DNA of 64,000 nucleotides, taken from Thermoplasmata archaeon. Its GTDB lineage: Archaea > Thermoplasmatota > Thermoplasmata > Lutacidiplasmatales > UBA184. Numbering within the stretch: the stretch's first letter is position 1; every line of letters starts with the position of its first letter. Positions 56,904-64,000 of this stretch are shown here, in pieces. The DNA lies in assembly GCA_021817245.1 (NCBI GenBank), contig JAKAVQ010000001.1, positions 212,265 to 276,264 on the forward strand. Reading direction: 5' to 3'. The notes beneath the pieces are model-generated. The model was given only the letters and a program-made list of their open reading frames with translations. It was not told where the DNA came from and did not search any database. Position numbers and translations under genes: made by a program.

Positions 56904-59900
56904 ATGGGCGCCGCGCCGGGGGAGGGATTCGCTCGTCAGTGGGCCGGGACGCGCGGACCGTTCGTGGTCCCCCTCATCATCGCGCTGCTCCTTCTGGCCC
57001 CGACCGGGGCTGCGGCCGTCGGCACCGGGCCTCACGGGACCGCGGTCCCCCTGCTCGGCTTCGCAGGCACCGACGGAACGGTGCGCCTCGCCGCTCGCGC
57101 CATCTCTCCGGCTGCGTTCGTGCCGAGCCCTTCCGGGATCCGAGGAGCAACGCTGCTATCGCCCGCGAGCGCCGGGGCGGTCCTCCGAACCCTCTTCCCC
57201 AACTACAACGCGACGCTTCCCGGCAACTTTTCCGGATCCGTCGCCGGTTGGCAGATCGGTACCCCAGCGTACGACCCCGTGACCGGCCTCTTGTGGCTCC
57301 CGAACCGGGCCGTCGCCGTAGGCTCCGCCCTCCCTCCCCCGGTCGCACCCGCGATCCTGTACAACGCGACCACGAACCAGTTCGAGGGATTCGTCCCCTC
57401 GCTGGAGAACACCTCCGCCTTTGCGTATGATCCAGCGAATGGGCGGATCTACTCGGCCGACTACGCGAACGGGACAGTCGGCGTGGTCGACCCATCAACG
57501 CGCGCGTGGATCCACCGAGCGATCCCCGTGGGGGTTCAGCCGGCAGCTCTCGCCCTGAACGGCACCACCGGACAGCTTTACGTGGCGAACAAGGGCTCCG
57601 ACAATATCACGATCATCGACACCGGCAACGAGTCCGTGGCCATCGGCGGAATCCCGCTGGGAGGAAGCCAGCCGTTCGCACTCGCGCTGGACGGTGTCGA
57701 TCGCCGCCTCTTCGTCGCGGATGCTGGTGACAAGACTGTTCAGACTATCGACACCAAGACCAACACAACTGGCCCTAGCATCCCTTTGTTCGCAAACCCG
57801 GGAGGTCTCGCATTCTCAGCGTCCACCGACACGCTCGGAGTGACGATGCCTTCACAGGCGTTACTCGTTCTCGCAGCCGGTAGCAACCTCGCGGTCAAGA
57901 CCGTTCCAGTGCAGACCGGGATGTCCCCTATCTTATCGAACGTGACTGGAACCTCGTTCATCGTCGGTAACCAAGCTGGCTCAGATCTACAAGTTGTCAA
58001 CCTCACCGCGGCACCCCCAGCAGTTGTGGGTTCTCCAATCTCCGTGGGCACCAACGTCACCCAGCTTACCGGGGGCCCTACTCGCAACTCCCTGTTCGCC
58101 TGGGCCACAGGTTCGAGGAACCTAAGCGTGGTTGACCTGAATACGAGCAGCGTCTTGGCGGTCTCGCCGACTCTCGGTCCCCTACCGGGGAGCGTGGCGT
58201 ACGACCCCACGACCAATCGACTGTTCGTGGCGGACCGCTCCGGTAGCTCCGTCATCGTCCTGAACGCGACGTCGGGCGCTGCATCCGCCCGCAACATCGG
58301 GTTCGGCTCCGAGGTGTTCTCGGTGGCCGTGGACCCCATCTCCAACCTCCTCTACGTCGGGACGATGGGCGCCGTCGATGCCCTCGATGCCCAGACGGGG
58401 TCGCTTGTGGCGAGCAACACCGGTCTCTCGGGCGTCAATGATCCGTTGCTCATCGACGCTGGGGATTCCGAGCTCTGGGTCGCGAACAACCAGACTTCCT
58501 TGGTGGCGCTTGATATCGGCAACCTCACCACGCGGTTCGCGGTCGCGGTACCGGTCCGCGGGACCGGCGAGGACACGATGGCGCTCGATCCGTCCCTGCA
58601 CGAGCTGTTCGTGATCAACGCGATCTCGGGCGCGTTGGACGTGATCGACACCGTTACCGGAGAGATTCTCACCTCAGGAGTTCCCGCGGGACCCGCCCCT
58701 TCGGCGCTGGCGTACGATTCGGCGGACGGGCTCCTCTACGTGCTCGGATCGAACCTCACCGCGATCGACCCAGTGACGCGTCAGATCGTGGCCTCGGACC
58801 TTCCCCTGCCGGCGCATTCGTTCTCCCTGAGCATCGCGTTCGATGCCTCCCGCTCCTTCCTCTACATCACGACCTCGGGGCCCGCACCCGCATACCCCTC
58901 CACCGTCACCGTCCTGGACGGTTCGTCCCTCACCGCCAGTTCGGTTTCGATGGTAACGATCCCCGTCGGACAGCTCGCATCGGACGTGGTGCCGGCGATG
59001 CTCTCGGGGTCGTCGACCTCGTCCTACGCCCCCATCTGGGTCACGAACTACGCCGCGGAGACCGTGAGCCTCATCACGAGTCCGCCCGCGATCACCTACT
59101 TCCGGGCATCTCCCGACCGGGTCGATGCGGGTCAGTCCGCTCAGTTCCTGCTCGGCATCTCGGGAGGGTCGGGCGCGGTGATGGTCTCCTACTCCGGACT
59201 CCCTCCGGGGTGCTCCTCTGCCAACACGGCCACGCTGAATTGCACCGCGCTCGCCGCGGGGAACTACACCGTGAGCGCGACCGTGACCGACAGCTACGGG
59301 CTCGCGGCGAGCGCGACCACAGCGCTCGTCGTGGGAATCGGACCCACCGCCCGTATCGGTTTCGGTCCCGGTAGTGGGCCCATCGTGGACGTGGGCACGA
59401 ACCTCTCGATGCTCGCGAACGTCACCGGGGGGACGAGCCCGTACAACGAGACCTGGTACTTCGGAGACAACAGCGTCGCGTACGGCCCGACCGTTGTTCA
59501 CCGGTACCTCGCACCCGGCTTCTACCTGGTGAACCTGACCGTGAAGGACGCCTCTCAGGTCGTCGTCGCGACCTCGGCCGGTGTCCAGGTCAACCCTCCG
59601 CCCGCGTGTGCGATCGCGGTCTCTCCGTCGAACCGCACGGACCTCGGCGTCCCGATCAGCTTGCGGGCGACCGTGGCAGGTGGCACTTCGCCGGGCACAT
59701 CGACTTGGGCCTTCGGAGACGGATCGAACGCGACCGGCCTCGCGGTCTCCCATGCATGGGTTCGGGCCGGTACCTACACCGTGGACTTCCGCTACGTCGA
59801 TGCGGTGGGCTCGGTGGCTACCGCCGTCCTCGGCATCACGGTCGGAGCTACCCTCAACGCGGTCTTTTCGATCCGCACCCCCGCTTCGGGCACCTCCTTC

Positions 59901-60287
59901 GATGCCGGCCAAGCCCTCGACTTCGTCGCGACGGTGACGGGCGGGGTCGCCCCCTACAACGTCTCCTGGTCGTTCGGCGACGGCTCGTTCGGTGGCGGCC
60001 TCTTTACGACCCACAGCTACGGGAACGCGGGCTCCTACTCCATCTCGGTCGTGCTCACCGACGCGGGAGGCGGGAGAGTCAATGCGACGCTCCCGCTCAG
60101 TGTCGGGGGAGTCGGGACCGGGACCGCTTCGCCGGACGCGCAGCTCTTCCTCGGCATCCTGATCGGCGGCGCCATCGCCGCGATCATCCTCTTCGTCACG
60201 GGCCGCCCGCGCCGGGGCCCGCCGCCCCCGCCGTCGCCGTACGTTCCGCCCGCCGGGATCGCCGAGCCTGAGTGGAAGGAGTCCTAG
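56904..60287 (+). CDS. Cell-surface protein: YVTN/YncE-like beta-propellers + PKD domains + TM anchor
   Basis: AYDP...LYVAN...V.VID repeats, YSGLPPGC domain, three WxFGD PKD motifs, TM and Pro-rich cytoplasmic tail. Confidence 0.9.
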   Translation: MGAAPGEGFARQWAGTRGPFVVPLIIALLLLAPTGAAAVGTGPHGTAVPLLGFAGTDGTVRLAARAISPAAFVPSPSGIRGATLLSPASAGAVLRTLFPNYNATLPGNFSGSVAGWQIGTPAYDPVTGLLWLPNRAVAVGSALPPPVAPAILYNATTNQFEGFVPSLENTSAFAYDPANGRIYSADYANGTVGVVDPSTRAWIHRAIPVGVQPAALALNGTTGQLYVANKGSDNITIIDTGNESVAIGGIPLGGSQPFALALDGVDRRLFVADAGDKTVQTIDTKTNTTGPSIPLFANPGGLAFSASTDTLGVTMPSQALLVLAAGSNLAVKTVPVQTGMSPILSNVTGTSFIVGNQAGSDLQVVNLTAAPPAVVGSPISVGTNVTQLTGGPTRNSLFAWATGSRNLSVVDLNTSSVLAVSPTLGPLPGSVAYDPTTNRLFVADRSGSSVIVLNATSGAASARNIGFGSEVFSVAVDPISNLLYVGTMGAVDALDAQTGSLVASNTGLSGVNDPLLIDAGDSELWVANNQTSLVALDIGNLTTRFAVAVPVRGTGEDTMALDPSLHELFVINAISGALDVIDTVTGEILTSGVPAGPAPSALAYDSADGLLYVLGSNLTAIDPVTRQIVASDLPLPAHSFSLSIAFDASRSFLYITTSGPAPAYPSTVTVLDGSSLTASSVSMVTIPVGQLASDVVPAMLSGSSTSSYAPIWVTNYAAETVSLITSPPAITYFRASPDRVDAGQSAQFLLGISGGSGAVMVSYSGLPPGCSSANTATLNCTALAAGNYTVSATVTDSYGLAASATTALVVGIGPTARIGFGPGSGPIVDVGTNLSMLANVTGGTSPYNETWYFGDNSVAYGPTVVHRYLAPGFYLVNLTVKDASQVVVATSAGVQVNPPPACAIAVSPSNRTDLGVPISLRATVAGGTSPGTSTWAFGDGSNATGLAVSHAWVRAGTYTVDFRYVDAVGSVATAVLGITVGATLNAVFSIRTPASGTSFDAGQALDFVATVTGGVAPYNVSWSFGDGSFGGGLFTTHSYGNAGSYSISVVLTDAGGGRVNATLPLSVGGVGTGTASPDAQLFLGILIGGAIAAIILFVTGRPRRGPPPPPSPYVPPAGIAEPEWKES

Positions 60288-60748
60288 CGCGCCGATCGCC
60301 CGTCGATGCCGGCCTGGGAGAACACGTAGCGGACCGGGACCCGTCGGGTCCCGTGGGTCCAATAGTCGCAGCGGGTGCAGCGCTGGCCCAGGGTCACGGT
60401 GTCGCCGGTGAGCGTCCGATTCTTGATCGGGTGCAGCTCCGAGGCACAGACCGGGCAGCGTTCGAGGGGCCGCGGGTCGTCCCGCTCGGTGTAGCGCACG
60501 CTCAGCCGAACGCCGGGGACGTCGATCAGCAGACGACGGAGTCGGGCCCCTCCCAGCGCCGCGAGCGGTTCGTCCCGGCGGATCTGACGGAGCAGCGCAT
60601 CCAGGAACGCCGTCTGCGAAGAGAACGTCGCCTTGCTTCCACGAACGACCCGGCGCGCGGCCCGCTGGACGAGCTCGGCGGCCGGACGGCGGAACTTCAC
60701 CGACCCGGTGACCTTATCCGGCACGGCCGTGGCCCCCTTCTCGGGCAC
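60284..60748 (-). CDS. Basic helical domain + Zn-ribbon hypothetical protein
   Basis: CPVC...CTRC; Arg-rich; overlaps the 3' end of the ATPase gene. Confidence 0.75.
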   Translation of the reverse strand: MPEKGATAVPDKVTGSVKFRRPAAELVQRAARRVVRGSKATFSSQTAFLDALLRQIRRDEPLAALGGARLRRLLIDVPGVRLSVRYTERDDPRPLERCPVCASELHPIKNRTLTGDTVTLGQRCTRCDYWTHGTRRVPVRYVFSQAGIDGRSAR

Positions 60749-62165
60749 GGATCTCCTCCTCGTAGAACCGGCGGGCGAGGTCGACCTCGAGCTTCCCGAT
60801 CGTGAGCGCGGAGGACGCGGGTTCCTCGAAGTAGCGGAGCAGGGCGGCGGCCGCGGCGAGTCGGACCGCGCGGAGCTTGAGGCGGGGGGAGAACTTCGGG
60901 AAGTTGGTCTTCGATAGCGCGCGCTCCGAGACCTCCCTCAGGCGGTCGTAGAGGTTCCGGTCGAGACGCACGGGCCGTGCGCGAAACTTCCCGGAGAGGA
61001 GCGGATGGCCGGTCTCGATCGCGTGGACCAGGGTCAGGTGGTCCCGGATCGCGGCGGCAAGGGCGAACTCGAGCTCGCCCAGCTCCAGCCGCTCGGCGCT
61101 CGCCTCGACCGCGCGGAACCGCGCGCGGGTCATCGGGTGGAAGCGCAGCAGCATGCGGTCCTCGAGGGCGGCGAAGTTGGGGTCGCCGATCGTAGTCCAA
61201 TAGTCCTGCGCGCCCGAGACACGGACGTTGTAGTTCACCGAGAAGAAGGAGCGGAAAGTGTAGGGGCCGACCGTGCCGAGGGTGGTCTCCCACTTCACCT
61301 CCCGCTGCTCCATGACGAGCTTGAGCGGCTCGACCATCCCCCGATACTTGAACCAGTCATTGAACTCCGGCACGATGAAGTTGAACGTGCGCCCGGAGTA
61401 GGATGACCCGACTCGGAGGAACTGTACGGGAGTGATCCCGCCGCAGTAGCGATTGCGCCCGGGGAGTCCGTGCGCAGGGACCCCGCTCCGCGGATTCCCG
61501 CGGATCAGGTCATCGATCGAGAACGTCTTCCCGGTCCCCGGGGGCCCGAAGAGCGCCAGATGGAACCCGGTCGCGCCGGTCGTGCGCCCCGTCGGCGCGA
61601 TCATCGGGGCGTCCGCGAGCGCGTACTGCTGCAGGATCGAGATCAGCGAGTCGAAGTAGAGCTCCTCGCCGAAGAGGTCCTTGAGGTACTCGGCGAGCTT
61701 CGCGACCTGGAACGACCGGCCGAAAGCAACGGTCGGTTCGAGCCGTGCGCGCAGCACGTCCCGGAGGTGATCGAGGAACTCCGAGTCCATCGAGCGGATC
61801 TCGGCCCGCTCGTCGGGGACGGGCATCACGGGTCCAGGTTCCGGGCTTTCGGACCGCTCGGCCTCGTCCAGCAGGAGCCGGAGGAGTTCCTCGGGGTACG
61901 GCACCTGATAGGTCCGATCCCCGCTTCCGGCCGTCAGCTCGAGGAGGAGCCCCCTTCGCTTAAGGCGGGTCAGGAGGCGGGCCGGGTCCTCGAAGATCCG
62001 GTCGCGGAGGAGTCGACCGCGCAGTTCGGAGAGACGGAAGCGGGCGACCTGCTGGGCCACGCCCCGCACCGTGCGGCGGCGGTCCGAATCGCCGACGACC
62101 TGGGCAAGCACCCGCGCGATGGGAACCTCGCCCGCGCTCAGGTCGACCGACACCGGTGCGGCCAT
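60714..62165 (-). CDS. Divergent MCM/MoxR-clade AAA+ ATPase
   Basis: GPPGTGKT, atypical Walker B FIVPEFND, LVMEQREV, VNYN, ALEDRM, FSPR. Confidence 0.8.
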   Translation of the reverse strand: MAAPVSVDLSAGEVPIARVLAQVVGDSDRRRTVRGVAQQVARFRLSELRGRLLRDRIFEDPARLLTRLKRRGLLLELTAGSGDRTYQVPYPEELLRLLLDEAERSESPEPGPVMPVPDERAEIRSMDSEFLDHLRDVLRARLEPTVAFGRSFQVAKLAEYLKDLFGEELYFDSLISILQQYALADAPMIAPTGRTTGATGFHLALFGPPGTGKTFSIDDLIRGNPRSGVPAHGLPGRNRYCGGITPVQFLRVGSSYSGRTFNFIVPEFNDWFKYRGMVEPLKLVMEQREVKWETTLGTVGPYTFRSFFSVNYNVRVSGAQDYWTTIGDPNFAALEDRMLLRFHPMTRARFRAVEASAERLELGELEFALAAAIRDHLTLVHAIETGHPLLSGKFRARPVRLDRNLYDRLREVSERALSKTNFPKFSPRLKLRAVRLAAAAALLRYFEEPASSALTIGKLEVDLARRFYEEEIRAREGGHGRAG

Positions 62166-62190
62166 CGGCCCGGCGAGTCCGCCCACCGCC

Positions 62191-62197
62191 TTATATT
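62191..62197. promoter_or_regulatory. Bidirectional TATA element
   Basis: TTATATT centred between divergent starts at 62165 (-) and 62223 (+). Confidence 0.65.
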
Positions 62198-62222
62198 CGT
62201 CCCCCATCCGAGAAGGGGGACC

Positions 62223-62777
62223 GTGGTCGGGCGCAGCTTTTCCGGGTACGAACGGGAGCTCCGGACCCTGCTCGAGGGGGACCCTTCCGCGGTCCGGGCC
62301 TACGCACGGTCGCTCTCGCCGACCGAGCGGGCCGGGTTCGAGCGGCTGATCGACCTGCCGTTCCTCGTGATCCGGGGGGCCGGCTCCCTCGGCCTCGACT
62401 TGGTCGCCATGCGCTGGGGGCTTTCGTTCCCGATCGAGGTGAAGGCCTCGTCCGACGACGTGATCCGTTTCACCGCGGCGAGCGGCCGGGCGAACGCCCA
62501 GCTCGCGGCGCACCGCCGGTCGATCGCCCGGGCGGGCCTCGCGGTCCTCTACGCCTACCGCCGTCTCGGAGTGCGGTCCGAGGAAACCTGGAAGATCTTT
62601 CTCGGCAGCGACCTCCCGCCGAGCGGCCGCCTTCGGATCCTCTGCCGAGGGTTGCCTCTTGTCGGCGAGACGCGCAACGGCAACGGGATCCTGCGCTGGC
62701 AGGACGGCCAGCGGCTCTCCCAGTTCCTCGACCGGGCCCGGGTACTGATGGAACCGGACGGGAGCGTGAGCTCCTGA
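62223..62777 (+). CDS. hjc: Holliday junction resolvase, Hjc-like PD-(D/E)xK nuclease
   Basis: YERELR, FLVIRGAGS, DLVA, IEVKAS. Confidence 0.8.
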   Translation: MVGRSFSGYERELRTLLEGDPSAVRAYARSLSPTERAGFERLIDLPFLVIRGAGSLGLDLVAMRWGLSFPIEVKASSDDVIRFTAASGRANAQLAAHRRSIARAGLAVLYAYRRLGVRSEETWKIFLGSDLPPSGRLRILCRGLPLVGETRNGNGILRWQDGQRLSQFLDRARVLMEPDGSVSS

Positions 62778-63907
62778 GCGTCCACGTCTCGGCGGTCGGC
62801 ATGGGCCGGTTCGGCAAGCGGCCGGAGGGGCTCATCGATCTCGCGACGGAGGCGGGGTCGCTCGCGCTCGAAGGCGTCGGTCGCAAACCGATCGATCTGC
62901 TGGTGGGCGCGACCATGCTCGCGCACGGGCCGCATGGCTCGGAGGCTTTCCTGCCCCGGCTGGCCGGGCGGCTGGGCCTCGAGTCGGCCTCGGGATTGCG
63001 CGTCGACTCGGCGAGCGGTACTGGAGGCATGGCGTTCCACGCCGCGGTCCTCGCGCTCGAATCCGGCCGGTTCGAACGCGCGCTCGTGGTGGCCGCGGAG
63101 AAGATGACCGACCGCCCCACGGCCGTGATCACCAAGGAGCTCTCCGCCTCGCTCCACACTAGCGAGGTCGCGGCCGGGGCGACAATGCCGGCTCTGGCGG
63201 CGCTGGTGGTCGAGCAGTACCTGGCCCGGTACAGCCTTCCGACGTCGGTCGTCGACCTCGCTACGGTCCACGGACGGGCGATGGCGGCGCGGAACCCGAC
63301 CGCCCACTTTCGTACCGCGGTGACGTCGGCAGAGGTCGCGGCGAGCCGACCGATCGCGCTCCCGCTCCGCCTCCTCCACTGCTCGGCGATCTCGGACGGC
63401 GCGACTGCCGTCGTCCTCGAGCGGGGCGTCGGTCCGGCGACCGTCCTCGGACTCGGCCAGGGCTTCGATGCGTTCCGACTCGTCGACCGGCCGGACCCTA
63501 CGACGTTCACCGCGACGCGGATCGCCGCGAAGCGCGCCTACGAGTCCGCGCACCTGACCCGCAAGGAGGTCAACGTCGCCGAGGTCCACGATGCCTTCTC
63601 CCCCTTCGGGATGATCCACATCGAGGACCTCGGGATCTGCGGGCCGGGAGAGGGGCCGGCGTGGTTCGAGAAGGGCCGCGCGAACCTCGACGGTTCGGTC
63701 CCGATCAATCCGAGCGGGGGGGTCATCGGGCGGGGCCATCCGATCGCGGCCTCCGGGCTCGCCGAGGTCGCCGAGGTCGCCCTCCAGCTGCGCGGCGAAG
63801 CGGGAGATCACACCATCGGGAGACGGCCAAAGGTGGGCGTCGCCCAGGCTTTGAGCGGGATCGGGGCGCACAACTTCGTGACGATCCTCGGCCGGGAGGC
63901 GACGTGA
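62774..63907 (+). CDS. Thiolase-superfamily protein (SCP2/archaeal type), nucleophile Cys replaced by Ser
   Basis: RVDSASGTGG, AEKM, ISDGA, EVHDAF, NPSGG..GHPIAASG; start probably CTG 62774 (alternative ATG 62801). Confidence 0.85.
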   Translation: MSVHVSAVGMGRFGKRPEGLIDLATEAGSLALEGVGRKPIDLLVGATMLAHGPHGSEAFLPRLAGRLGLESASGLRVDSASGTGGMAFHAAVLALESGRFERALVVAAEKMTDRPTAVITKELSASLHTSEVAAGATMPALAALVVEQYLARYSLPTSVVDLATVHGRAMAARNPTAHFRTAVTSAEVAASRPIALPLRLLHCSAISDGATAVVLERGVGPATVLGLGQGFDAFRLVDRPDPTTFTATRIAAKRAYESAHLTRKEVNVAEVHDAFSPFGMIHIEDLGICGPGEGPAWFEKGRANLDGSVPINPSGGVIGRGHPIAASGLAEVAEVALQLRGEAGDHTIGRRPKVGVAQALSGIGAHNFVTILGREAT

Positions 63908-64000
63908 GCGCGCCAACCGTCGGGACCGTGGAGCTTTCCCGCTGCCGCTCCTGCGAGACGCGGTTCCTCCCGACCGACGGCCCGTGCCCGCACTGCGGGG
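63904..64000 (+). CDS. DUF35-type Zn-ribbon/OB protein (runs off window)
   Basis: GTGA overlap with the thiolase; MSAPTVGTVELSRCRSCETRFLPTDGPCPHCG. Confidence 0.75.
   Translation, partial: MSAPTVGTVELSRCRSCETRFLPTDGPCPHCG

Overview
High-GC archaeal chromosomal segment. The gene set (rps19e-PDCD5-rpl39e-rpl31e-aIF6, rps17e, gar1-tfb, archaeal CoaD, Trm11, DUF5611, Hjc, SAMP, PKD surface proteins) and TATA boxes about 25-30 nt upstream of start codons point to Archaea, most plausibly an uncultured Thermoplasmata lineage (inference). I identify about 56 protein genes and one tRNA. Most long ORFs in the supplied track are GC-driven shadow frames. I saw no CRISPR array, rRNA or IS element. Most notable: (1) a tight three-gene operon of vWA(MIDAS)+helical protein, divergent TRAFAC-type GTPase and a ~1000-aa protein with a DENN/GAP1-like N-terminus and long coiled coil, a candidate undescribed GTPase system; (2) tRNA-Ser(CGA) interrupted by a 33-nt intron in the T-loop (59/60) with a relaxed bulge-helix-bulge motif; (3) a divergent MCM-like AAA+ ATPase sharing one centred TATA element with an Hjc-like resolvase; (4) a coupled KaiC-like pair, one with a ~500-aa Pro-rich tail; (5) an hcrCAB-like molybdoenzyme cluster; (6) a giant TPR protein with a RING-like finger, followed by a Zn-ribbon-rich SPFH module; (7) a stand-alone double-psi beta-barrel operon. 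All homology calls come from reading motifs by eye; no searches were run.
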